Positions 40,576 through 52,614 of a DNA stretch of 64,000 bases are shown one piece after another. Source of the DNA: Octopus sinensis. Its lineage: Eukaryota. The position numbers and the translations under genes are program-made. A model generated the notes under the pieces. The model saw only the letters and a program-made list of their open reading frames with translations. It did not search any database and had not been told where the DNA came from. The stretch lies in NCBI RefSeq assembly GCF_006345805.1, contig NC_043000.1, positions 48,360,001 to 48,424,000 of the forward strand, read 5' to 3'. Within the stretch, counting starts at the first letter, position 1. Every line of letters begins with the position of its first letter.

Positions 40576-41352
40576 GTTTGGTATCATAAGATGAGAACTT
40601 ATAGATAGGGGCGGTAACATTAGGAATGCTAAAATAAGTAGCAGTAACACACTAGGGTTAATTCATTTGACTATAAAGTGCCTAACAAATACTGACTTTG
40701 TTCCTTGTTGGAAACAATCAATATTTCACACAGTTTCCATTTGAATGCAATCACAGAAGAGTTTCCTGAATTTAATATTGTCAATCGTACTGTATATTTT
40801 TGTGCATGTAAACTTTGTTTTCATCATTATTTTATTAGTTCATTCCTATTTTTTAATTTCATTTTCATTATATGTTACTGGCAGCACTGAGAAATTGTTT
40901 TCTATTTTATCACTGTCTTCAACAGTCTCTAGTTCTTATCCTTTGATGGTAGTGACATCAAAATCTCTCATTCACTTTTATGATAAAGAATGTCTACCTC
41001 CAGCAGCATACATCATAGAACAGAGCTAAGCTTCTGCTAAAGTCAAGTATGTTGTGTAGTTTTGATTCTTCAGTAAAAGCCACTTCACAGCATGTGTGTC
41101 ATTAATGCCTTTGGCTAAAGCATCAAAAAACACTTTCTATTTCCAGTCTCTCCAATTTATAGCATGTTTACAATGTAAAAAAAAAAACAACAAAAAAAAC
41201 AAAACAAATATCCTTCTTATTTTTTTATTGACACTGGCAATTTTGATACATATTTGTGAAATTGGATGTTGTAGTAGAGTAAAATTTCAACAACAATTGT
41301 AATTTTAATAAAAAAAAAGTAAACAAAATCCCTCAAGATATTTCCAATAAGT

Positions 41353-41925
41353 GCAGGTATGGCTGTATGGTAAGAAGCTTGCTTACCAACTACATGGTTC
41401 CAGGTTCAGTCCCACTACGTGGCATCTTGGGCAAGTGTCTTCTACTACAGCCTCAGGCTAACCAAAGCCTTGGGAGTTGATTTGATAGACAGAAACTAAA
41501 AGAAGCCCATCGTATATAAATAAATAAATAAATATATATGTATGTATGTATGTATGTATGAGTGCAGGCATGGTTGTGTGGTAAGAAACTTGCTTTCCAA
41601 CCACATGGTTCTGAGTTCAGTCTCACTGTGTGGAACCTTGAGCAAGTGTCTTCTACTATAGCCTCGAGCTGACCAAAGCCTTGTGAGTGGATTAGGTAGA
41701 TGGAAACTGATGTGTGTGTGTGTGTGTGTGCCTTTGTCTGTGTCCTTCGCCCACTACCACTTTCCAGCTAGTGGTGGTGTGTTTACATCCCTGTAACTTA
41801 GTGGTTCAGCAAAAGAGACCAATACAAAATGTACTAGGGTTGATTCATTCGACAAAAATTCTTCAAGGCGGTGCCCCAGCATCGCAACAGTCTCACAACC
41901 AAAACAAGCGAAAGATAAAAGATAC
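41353..41925 (+). mobile_element. SINE family A 5' half (41353-41510) followed by a near-full copy (41562-41925)
   Basis: Two heads: GTGCAGGTATGGCTGTATGGTAAG and GTGCAGGCATGGTTGTGTGGTAAG. Confidence 0.88.
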
Positions 41926-42388
41926 AAGTCAGTAATAGTTCCTAAATGGTTGACTCATCGATTATAAATGCTGGTTAATTCCACAACCTCATTGTGTTAT
42001 TGTATCCACTAGATTATTATTTGTCTTCCCAAGGTTCACAGGAGGGTTTGAATCTTATAATAAGTCTGCCTGTCACTCCATTACTTAGCCCATCTGTAAC
42101 ACTTCCACATGATTAGTTGAAGGGGGAAGGAAGGGAGGAATGGGAGGAGAAGGGTGAGCATTGGAAGGAGAGGAGAGGAGAGAGAGAGGTGGTGGTGAAT
42201 GAACTGTGTAATTTTTTTTTTAACTAAGTTCTTTTTATTCCGTTACTTAGCCAGTCCATAATGCTTTCATGTGATTGTTGAAGTGAAAGGTGAAAAGCAA
42301 AAGATAAAGGAGAGAGAAAAAGAGGGTAAAGTGAAGAGTGAGAGAGAATGAGGGAGAATGTTGTGTATCAAGTCTTTAGAATTGTGTA

Positions 42389-42660
42389 TCTCTTATTATA
42401 AAAGGCAGATTTTATCTGCCTCCCTTTGGGAGTTATACAAATCTACAATATAGGATTTCTTCAATTACAATTTACCTGGCATTTTTAAGAGTACAATGCA
42501 TCGCGTCATGCCAGGTCCAGTTTTTAAAATTTAAACTCCAATTAAGCAAAATTTACAGAAAACTCACATTCTGGTGTGTGTGTCAAATGCTTTTCTTAGT
42601 CTGGTTTACACCACACGCAAACGCACACACACAGTGGGCAACGAATAAAATGAAACTAAT
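42389..42660 (+). mobile_element. Possible Helitron-like 5' fragment
   Basis: A|TCTCTTATTATAAAAG start resembles the 43817 start; no CTAG end was found. Confidence 0.35.
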
Positions 42661-42768
42661 TCACTTACTGTAGTGAGTGATTCTTTCACTCTGCCTCCCA
42701 CTTCCTCTTTCCACACATACACACGCAAATATATAAATAAAATTGTAAGCTAACGTGCGTGTGTGTGA

Positions 42769-42805
<37 letters not shown>

Positions 42806-42904
42806 TGACGGTGCGTGTGTGTGTGTGTGTGTGCGTGTGCGTGAGTGTGTGACAGGAAAGTTTTTTTAGATGAATATAACACCTATATCCAAGTAGCAGA
42901 AAGA

Positions 42905-43090
42905 TAAGACAGTAAGGTGTGATTTGAGGGAGATTTGGCTGCTATTTCTACCATGTCTAGCTGCCATGTAGGGGTCTCCCTCATAGGCTCATACATACAT
43001 ATATACATAGATAAGACAGTAAGGTGTGATTTGGGGGAAATTTTGCTGCTATTTCTACCAGGTCTAGCTACCATGTAGAGGTCCCCCTCA
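42905..43090 (+). repeat. ~70-bp duplicated segment
   Basis: ATAAGACAGTAAGGTGTGATTTG(A/G)GGGA.ATTT.GCTGCTATTTCTACCA at 42904 and 43011. Confidence 0.85.
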
Positions 43091-43094
43091 ATTC

Positions 43095-43345
43095 TTTTAT
43101 TCTTCTGCTTTTTCCAGCCATTGCTCTGTGGCCATGCTGGGGCAATGCCTTGAAGAATTGTAGTTTAATGAATCAACTCCAGTTTTATTTTTGTAAGCAT
43201 TGTACTTATTCTATCTGTTTCCTTTGTCAAACCACTAGGTGACAGGGATGTAAACAAACCAACATTCGTTGTCAAGCAGTGGTGGAGGACAATCACAAAC
43301 ACAGACACGCACACACACACACATACATGCATACACATATACACA
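43095..43345 (-). mobile_element. SINE family A 3' half
   Basis: GTGGCCATGCTGGGGCAATGCCTTGAAGAAT...TTGTCAAGCAGTGGTGG. Confidence 0.75.
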
Positions 43346-43395
43346 CATACATACATACATACATATATATATATATATATGTGTGTATATATATA

Positions 43396-43718
43396 TTGCA
43401 GCGTGGAAGGTGTTTGTAAGCCATTTAAGAAACACACAAAAACCGTTACATTCACTTCAACATTTAAATTTAATTTGCCAAAATATTTTCGTCGCTTTGA
43501 GACCGCGACCTGTTCACTGACAAAAATATCGTGCTAACAGGTCGCGGTCTCAAAGCGACGAAAATATTTTGACAAATTAAATTTAAATGTTGAAGTGAAT
43601 CTAACGGTTTTTGTGTGTTTCTTAAATGGCTTATAAACACCTTCAACGCTGCAACTGTTTTCGTTCCAGCACACAATCTCAGATCAAGTCACTTGCTATG
43701 CAAGTACATCTCTGTAAC
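43396..43718. mobile_element. Penelope-like remnant with inverted pLTR (119-bp arms) in (TA)n
   Basis: Arms 43396-43514 and 43536-43654 differ at 4 positions. The right arm continues 64 nt to (TA)n, and the inversion point lies at a hammerhead-like motif. Confidence 0.65.
43475..43523 (-). ncRNA. Minimal hammerhead-like ribozyme motif with G3-C8 core swap
   Basis: TTGTCA-GTGAACA-G-GTCGC-GGTCTCAAA-GCGAC-GAA-AATATT-T-TGGCAA: stem I 6 bp, stem II 5 bp, palindromic stem III. Confidence 0.55.
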
Positions 43719-43816
43719 TATATATATATTTATATATATATATATATGTATATTGGTAAAAACAGTAAGATAACAAAAGAAAGAAAGAGACCTCAATATT
43801 ATGTAAATAGAGGAAA

Positions 43817-44211
43817 TCTTTATATATAAAAGTGAGGTTGTGTGTCTGTCTCCTACGATTTAGATTCCTAACTACTCCCACATTTTGCGGTGCAGTTTAA
43901 CCAAAACCGGGTATCTTATAGTCGTGATTCATATCGAGACCGTCTGGGTATTAGCGCGCGTCTACGATGAGTCTACGATTTAAAAAAAAATTTACCATCA
44001 ATTTTTCCCATTTTTAATCCATTTTTGACATATATAAGGGAAGTAACTCTCTAAAATTTATTATTAAATCTCAGAACGTAAAAAGCTACAGTAACACCCC
44101 TCCCCCTTTGTGGTTAGCCATATTGAGATGGCTATTATACTTTACATCTCTAAAAATGCTTATATAATTATTTCCCTTACAAACCCGAGCAACGCCGGGC
44201 GATACTGCTAG
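43817..44211 (+). mobile_element. Non-autonomous Helitron, complete
   Basis: A|TCTTTATATATAAAAG 5' end, subterminal hairpin CCCGAGCAACGCCGGG, CTAG|T 3' end, no TSD. Confidence 0.85.
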
Positions 44212-45372
44212 TAAAGTATATAAAGTGTGTATATAGAGTGCATTAAGTAATCATTGTATTCCAATTTTCTTCACTTTCCAATGATTAGCAGATAAGCAAC
44301 TATCTTTTGATACAGACACAATACAGGCTCCACTTTCAGGTCTTTTGGATAATGTTTTCAGAAATAACCCAATAAGTTTATCATTAGTTCCATGAAATAT
44401 TCACAGGTCCCAGAAGTAAATGATTAATGTATAACAGACTGATACGGATTTTATCAATCTCACTGTAGTGCAACTGATTATAACAGTAAACTGTATGATT
44501 CTGTGATAAATTCTTAGATCTTGTTGAACCCAGACATTGAGAATTAAGTATTTTGATTAAATTCCTCCATATGTTTGGTACAATACCAAATGAAATAAGA
44601 CCTTTAAATTCTTGACTTTGTACTCTAGTGACTTATTGTTAGATTCTAAACAATCATTTTCATTATGTACTTAGCATTATTGAATTTTTGGATTTTGTGA
44701 TAAAACTAGTCTGCCATGATATATTATTTCAGAAAATATTTTTTCTCATTTTATATTTTTCAAAAACTTTTTTAATTATCTGTTCTCTCAGTACTAAGAT
44801 TGATTTAATTTTCTTTCTTTTGAAATACAGAATTGCAAATAATTCCTTCCTGACTGATATATGCATTTTACCATTTTTACAAAAATATAGTTTTCAAAAT
44901 CACACATTTTTCTTGCAAGCTCACATGCAGAGAAATGCAGAATATATTTAATGAAACAGAAAATCTTCCAAATGTACATAAAAAATAAAAGTATTTTGCA
45001 CAAGCTAGATTTAGTACTAATGTTATATCACAGTTATGTTAAACTATGTTATACCAATTCTGAAATGTTTTAGAATTTCGGTGCAAGATAGATTGTGTTT
45101 TGTAATGTAGGTTAAAATTTGTAATATAAATATAGTCACAAAGAAACAAATGAATGAATAAATAAATGAATAGACAAATAAATAAAACTATGTTTTTCTA
45201 AATTATATTTTCAATCGAAGATGTTTTTAATAGGAAGCAAAAAAGGAAACTTAACATTAGTTTAAAATGGAACAGAAACCTATGAAAATATATTTTAAAA
45301 AATGAACCATATTTATGTATATCTGTGTGTGTGTGTGTGTACATATATATATGTATATGTATGTATGTGTAA

Positions 45373-45403
<31 letters not shown>

Positions 45404-45432
45404 CAGGTATACTTACATACACACAGACACAG

Positions 45433-45469
<37 letters not shown>

Positions 45470-46021
45470 CATACATACATACATACATATGACTAAAATA
45501 ATTTGAGTTTCTGAGTGGTGAAGAAAACATATTTAAAATATGAATATTTTATTTCTTTGAATATTTTAATCTCTATTTCTTCTCTGCCTGCTGTGAAATC
45601 TTTAGAAAATTTGTGAAAAAAATACAATGAAAAACGTTAATCAATGTAGATAATAGTGCAGAATTTCTATTGTCATTGCTGCTTGCTTGTTACTAGGCAA
45701 CTGATTCCACATGAAATCAGCACATAAATTTACAACCTAATGACAATATTATCAACAACATTGTTTGAAAGGAATCGGAATATATATTTTCTATAAATTT
45801 TCAATCTTCCGTTGTTTAGTCATATGGCAGTAAGGTTCAGAATAGATCAAAGACTTAATTGCTGGTTTCAGAAAAAAAAAAAAAACCGATGAAAGGTAGA
45901 CACTGTGCCATATTAAAATACACACACACATGAATGTATGTACATGCATACATTCCTTTATATATGTGTGTGAGTGTGTGTGTATATATATATATATGTA
46001 TGTATGTATGTATATATACCC

Positions 46022-46231
46022 TTTTACCCTTTTACTTGTTTCAGTCAGTTGACTGCAGCCATGCTGGAGCACCACCTTTAGTCGAGTAAATCGACCCCAG
46101 GACTTATTCTTTGTAAGCCGAGTACTTATTCTATCAGTCTCTTTTTTGCCGAACCGTTAAGTTACAGGGACGTAAGGACACCAGCATCGGTTGTCAAGCA
46201 ATGCTAGGGGTACAAACGCAGACACACAAAC

Positions 46232-46265
<34 letters not shown>

Positions 46266-46435
46266 GCATATATACGACTGGCTTCTTTCCGTTTCTGTCC
46301 ACCAAATCCACTCACAAGGCTTTGGTCGGCCTGAGGCTATAGTAGAAGTCACTTGCTCAAGGTGCCGTGCAGTGGGACTGAACCCGGAACCATGTGGTTC
46401 ATAAGCAAGCTACTTACCACACAGCCACTCCTATG
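46022..46435 (-). mobile_element. SINE family A, full length
   Basis: Reverse complement of 62393-62780. Confidence 0.93.
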
Positions 46436-46437
46436 CC

Positions 46438-46520
46438 TGGGGTCGATTTACTCGACTAAAGGCGGTGCTCCAGCATGGCCACAGTTAGATGACTGAAACA
46501 AGTAAAACAGTAAGGAGTAA
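46438..46520 (+). mobile_element. SINE family A 3' fragment in opposite orientation
   Basis: GGGGTCGATTTACTCGACTAAAGGCGGTGCTCCAGCATGGCC. Confidence 0.9.
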
Positions 46521-46530
46521 AGACTATATA

Positions 46531-46580
<50 letters not shown>

Positions 46581-46639
46581 TGCATGAGTGTACAAGTAAG
46601 TACATGGCTATATACACACAAACCCTTACACACACATAT

Positions 46640-46840
46640 ACCTATTTCTTTACTACCCGCATGGAGCTAAACACAGAGAGGACAAACAAGGACAGACAAA
46701 CGGATTAAGTCGATTATATCGACTCCAGTGCGTAACTGGTACTTATTTTATCGACCCCGAAAGGATGAAAGGCAAAGTCGACCTCGGCGGAGTTTGAACT
46801 CAGAACGTAACGGCAGACGAAATACGGCTATGCATTTTGC
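46640..46840 (-). mobile_element. SINE family B
   Basis: Close match to 62973-63205. Confidence 0.9.
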
Positions 46841-47259
46841 CTTTACACACACATATACCACTGACTGTATGACTATATGCGTATCTATATTATATATGTT
46901 AGCACTTACATTATTTTATGTTATTTTGTTGTCTTACATATCAATGCATCTCTTTATGCTTATAACATCTTGAAAAGTGCAAGATATTTTGTTGTTGTTG
47001 ATATACTATGGGAAGCTAATGCTAGACAACCAGCAAGATTGTGAAGAAAATAAGAAATAGTGAACTACTTTAAAATGGAGTTTGCAATTTGAAAAAAAAA
47101 AAAGTGAATCACTACAAAGTAATTAATATGAAAATAATTCAAAGTACTTTTCCTTTCCATTTCCATATCAACTTTCATATTTTAATGATGGATAATGTAG
47201 TAATTGATATGTGGAAACAGAATCTTTGGGAGAAAAATGCATGAAAAGATAAAATAATA

Positions 47260-47791
47260 ATAATAGTAACAATAATGATGATAATAATAATAATAATAAT
47301 AATAATAATATAATAATAATAATAATAATAATAATATAATATAATAATAATAATAATAATAATCCTTTCTACTAAAGCACAAGGCATAAAATTTGTGGAA
47401 GGAGGATAGTTGATTACAACAACCTCAGTACTCAACAGGTACTTACTTTATCAATCCTGAGAGGATGAAATGTAAAGTCGACCTCAGTGGAATTTGAACT
47501 CAGAAGGTGAAGATGGACGAAATACCGCTAAGCTTTTCGTCTGGTATACTTACCATTCAGCTAGCTTGCCACCTTAATAATCCTTTCTATTATAGGCACA
47601 AGGCCTGGAATCTTGTGGGAGAGGACCAGTCGATTTGAGTGACCCCAGTATGCAACTGGTACTTAATTTATCAACCCCAAAATAATGAGAGGCAAAATCG
47701 ACCCTGACAGAATTTGAATGCAGAATATAGTGATGGGTGAAATGCCACTGAGCATTTCATTCATTGCACTAACAATTCTGCCAGCACCACT

Positions 47792-47852
<61 letters not shown>

Positions 47853-47905
47853 TGATGATAATAATGATGATAATAATAATAATAATATAATAATAATAAT
47901 AATAA
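47260..47905 (-). mobile_element. Head-to-tail SINE family B copies (about 47362-47575 and 47578-47790) between long (AAT)n arrays
   Basis: AATCCTTTCTA.TA..GGCACAAGGC tails. One copy's head abuts the next copy's tail at 47575. Confidence 0.85.
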
Positions 47906-47906
47906 T

Positions 47907-48370
47907 GATAATCAGACAAAAAGGATGTGTTTATTAATTGACATGAGTATTCCCTGTGATCACAATATAGCGGTGAAAGAATTTGACAAGATTAGTAAAT
48001 ATAAAGACCTGCTAATAGAAATTGAAAAAATGTGGCATCTCAAGGCGACTACAGTACCAGTGATTGCAGGATCTCTAGAAATGATAAAAAAACAGGTACT
48101 GAAACCTATTTGAAAATTATTCCAGGCTTACCTTCAGGAAGTGCAAAAAATCGTATCAACTGGAATGGCTCATGTACTGAGAAGAGCACTATCGCTGTGA
48201 AAATAACATCCATCCATGAATTTATTTATTTATTAATTTTTAAATACATATTTTATCTGTGAATCTTTGCGTGTAATCTGGGAATGCATGCAATGCCCTT
48301 CTTGCCCTAGGTGTATAGAAAACACTTGGCGAGAAACGGAAGAAAATTTGAAGAAAGAAGGAAAAAACAT
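47907..48370 (+). mobile_element. Dong/R4-clade LINE 3' fragment inserted in (TAA)n
   Basis: CLLIDMSIPCDHNIAVKEFDKISKYKDLLIEIEKMWHLKATTVPVIAGSL...QEVQKIVSTGMAHVLRRALSL*; TAA repeats on both flanks. Confidence 0.9.
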
Positions 48371-48469
48371 AATAATAATAGTAATAATAATAATATAATA
48401 ATAATAATAGTAATAATAATAGTGATGATGATGATTCCTTTATAATAATAATAATGATAATGTTTTCAA

Positions 48470-48735
48470 GTTTTGGCACAAGGCCAGTAATTTTGGAGGA
48501 GTGGGTACGTCAATTACATTGACCCCAGTGCTCAACTGGTGCTTATTTTTTTAATCCTGAATGATGACAGGCAAAGTTGGCTTCACTGGAATAATAACAA
48601 TAACGGTTTCAAATTTTGGCACAAAGCCAGCAATTTGTGGAGAGGGTTTAAGTCGATTACATAAACCCCTGTATTCAACAGGTACTTCCTTTATTGACCA
48701 CCAAATGATGAAAAGCAAAGTCAACTACATTGGAA

Positions 48736-48794
<59 letters not shown>

Positions 48795-49585
48795 TAATAA
48801 TAAAAATAATGGACTCTCCTTTTGAAGATGATGTATGAACATTCAGCTTTTGCTGATTGACTTGCACAAACGATTTTTGTTTATAGTGATTAAACATTCA
48901 TGCTACACTCTCTATCAAATCAACATTGTTTGAACCAGTGCATGGTGTACCACGTGTCAGGTTTTGAAGAGATCCCAAAGCAATGTGAGATGAAGCATTC
49001 CTTCAAGAACCCAACACACTACCTGGTCTAGGAACTGAAACCATGATCTCGTGTTTGTGAGTACTACACCCAAGGCACTCAGCAATGCATCCTAATATTG
49101 ATGGTGATGATAATAATAGTAATATCAATAATAATAATAATGATAATAATGATGATAATGATATACAATAGACAATAATGGTTTCAAATTTAGGCACATG
49201 GCAAAGAGCTTTTGAAGGAGAGGAAGTAAGTTGCACCAGCTCCAGTACTCAGGAATTACTCTATTGACCCTGGAAGGATGAAAGACGAAGTCGACCTCAG
49301 TGGAATTTGAACTTAGAACATAAAACCCAAAGTGCCACTAAGCATTCTGTCCAATCCACCAGGGATTCTGCCAGCCTGCCACTTTGTTGATGATGATGAT
49401 GATGGTTGCTTCTAATTTAGGTACTAGGCCAGTAGTTTTGCAGGAGGAATCAGTACTTAAACTGGTACTTTGTTTTATTGACTTCAAAATGAGGAAAAGC
49501 GAAATGATCCTTGGAGGAATTTGAACTCAGAATGTAAACTGCTGGAACAAATACCACAAAACATTTTTTCCCGATGCTCTAATTC
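48470..49585 (-). mobile_element. Cluster of at least four further family B SINE pieces separated by (AAT)/(GAT) arrays
   Basis: TTTGGCACAAGGCCAG or similar tails at 48474, 48617, 49190 and 49417. Confidence 0.75.
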
Positions 49586-50634
49586 GTGAAAAACAAAAAA
49601 ATGATTTAATTCCTTTCTTGTGTTTGTGGGGAAAAATGTTAGGATCTCACTGTGATGAAAACATAAATATAATTATTGCTTTTTAGACTCCTCTATGATC
49701 TTTTTGGTCTTAGAAAACATGCAATAATGCTAGAATATTAATCCCATGAAAGTAGTTTGTCTTTTAACAATTTATGGTAAGGGATTTCCTTCTGATATCA
49801 GTGAATCAAAGAATGTTGCAAAGAAAAATAAAAAAGAACAAAAAAATCTGAAAGTGTTGGTGGGTGATAAAATAAGCTTATTGTAAGTGCGGCTTTTCCT
49901 TTTTCTTAAGGACAGTTTGTTATGTGCCATGAGAATTGGGAATTAGGATCAGAATAAGGCAAAGTTAGCTAGGCTCTAAATGCATAAAGAGAAAATTAAT
50001 ACTAAAGCTGCCTACTACTGTTATGAGATTCAAAAGCTGAACTAATATCGTTATAGAATGATAAGGTGTATGTACTATGTCAGTATCAGAGAGAAGTGAG
50101 AAGAACATTATGAGAACGATTAGAGAGAGGGAGAGAGAGATAGTCTAAGATAACACAAATATATTTTGTAGTAATGTGTGAAAGCAGAAAAGAGATATAA
50201 TTTGCTAGGTAGGAAGCATTGTTGAAGAAAAATTCATGAGAATTCTTCAAAGCTATATGGAGGTGAAACTAGCAAAACAATGATAGAACATACAAGAGAC
50301 ATCAATGGGTAAAAGTTGTTAATATCAAAGCATGCTGACTAACGTACAACAACAGAGAGAAGGCTGAGGAGAAAACAATGAAAGGACAAAGAACAATACT
50401 AAACTGGGTGAAGATGTTAGTAGACATATTTAGGCTGAGGTTTTGGATTAAATATGCTACATTAATTTTGTTCCCGTTGGTTCTATGTTCAAATCTTACC
50501 AGAATTAGCTTCAACTTTCATTCCTCAAATTTATATCCCAGTAATATACTGAGGTTGATTAAGGCAGTAAGTGGGCAGAACAATTAGCATACCAGGCAAA
50601 ATGCTTAGTGTCATTTTCTCCATCTTTATATTCA

Positions 50635-50905
50635 TCATCATCATCATCATCATCATCATCGTTGAACGTCCACTTTCGATGCTGACATCGGCTGGATGGT
50701 TTGACTAACGACTGGCAAGCCGGTAAGCTGCACCAGGCTCCAATCTGATCTGGCAAGGTTTCTACAGCTGGATGCCCTTCCTAATGCCAACCACTCCAAA
50801 GAGTGTAGTGGGTGCTTTTTACATGCCATCAACATGGGAGCCAGTCAGGCGGCACTGGCATTGACCACGTTCAGATGGTGCTTTTTACATGTCACTGACA
50901 CAGGA
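50635..50905 (-). mobile_element. RTE-tailed SINE family C
   Basis: (CAT)n-CGTTGAACGTCCAC tail, GATGCCCTTCCTAATGCCAACCACTCC and GGTGCTTTTTACATG modules. Confidence 0.85.
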
Positions 50906-51609
50906 GCCAGAGTTCAAATTCCACCAAGATCTTCTGTGCTTTTTATCCCTTCAGGATTGATAAAATAAGTATAATTTGAAAAATAGGGTCGACATAGCCA
51001 ACTTACCCATCCCCTAAAATTGCTGGCCCTGTGCCAAAATTTGAAATCAATATACTGAGGTTAATTATAATTCTCCTCTAAACAATAAATAAAGTGATTA
51101 GCATTTAGCTTTTAAAAGAAAGAAACTATAATTTGATTGGTTATTGTCCATTGCAAAAAACATTTCCAACACTATTTTACTAGATGCAAAACATCATAAA
51201 AAGACATTTAAAAAAGACAGTTACGTAAAGGTACATATTTTAAGGGATAGTTTTGTGAATTTTTAAAAGGAATCTGTACCAGTTAAATGAATTTGTATGA
51301 GATAAGTAAGACACTAATGTTTAGACTGCTTTCTATCAGATAAAATCTAAAACCAGAAGAATATTTCTAATATTGTATGAGGTAATAGAATTATTTTTGA
51401 GAAATGTGATTGACTGAAACAAGCAAGCAAGCACGCGTGCGCACACGCACACACACACACACACATGTATACATAATGCATATATATACATTCTTACACA
51501 CACACACACACATATATTTATACAAATATACACATGCATATATATATATAATATATACATATACATTTATCTATCTATCTATCTATCTATCTATCAAAAA
51601 AGAAATATA

Positions 51610-51838
51610 AAATGTGACTTCATTGACCGAGGTTACCGTGGTCTTTTCCGTAGGCTTTTCTTTCCACGGGTAAACCTCACCTGTCCTCCCCTTTACACTT
51701 CATATTGACATTCTGTGATAACGATCCCTATTGATCAATTTTTTTTTCCTCTCCCCCTTTTTTTTTTTTTTTTTAACCCCCCCTTTTTTTTGTCCTCTTT
51801 CTCTCCTTTACGATCCCTTTTGATCGAAACTCCCCCTT

Positions 51839-51872
<34 letters not shown>

Positions 51873-51928
51873 CTTCAAAAGAAAAGCTCTACCTTGTAAT
51901 TTGTTCTATCTGTGTGCAGCCCTGTGTG
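51610..51928 (+). mobile_element. Retroelement 3' end (Penelope-like or L1/Tx1-like), with AATAAA then (TA)n
   Basis: Poly-T/C tracts, GGCTAATAAAGAAACAT terminus and duplicated CGATCCC..TTGATC. Confidence 0.4.
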
Positions 51929-52614
51929 GCTAATAAAGAAACATATTTATATATATATATTTATATATATCATGATGATGATGATATATGTGTATTTACA
52001 CACATGCACTCACATAGATAGATAGATATAAATATGTATATATATACATATGTGTGTGTATTTATACATATGCATATATATACATATATATACATATAAT
52101 AGATTACATATATATACATATATACATATATATATATATACACATATATAGATTTTACCTGGAGGAATATTTTGCATGCTGCCTTCTTCGTAATTTGGTT
52201 AACAGGTGAGAAGAAGCCCTTGTTGTATGTGTTCTCAACTGATAATTCCAGCAGTTTCTAATTCGATTTTGGACAAATGTATTTATTTATTTAATTTTCA
52301 TAAATATTCTAGATTCCGGAAAAATAATGAAATAAAACATGTATTTTACTTAGAGTATATTTGAAGAATGTACATGGCTTCAAAAATATTTGTAGGTCTT
52401 AAAATGTGTCAATAATTTTGGTGTCAGATTGTAAGTATCATCCGTGTTCTCAAAACAGCATTTTCTTTTTGCTTTATTTACTTTGTAAATATTCTCTGCT
52501 AGTTTCTAAGTTAATATAGACAAATATTTTTAAATACTAACCAAATAAAGAATTTACACTTGCCGTCATTTTTAGAATAGAATTTGTAACAGATTTGAGC
52601 TGACCTGTGACGAA

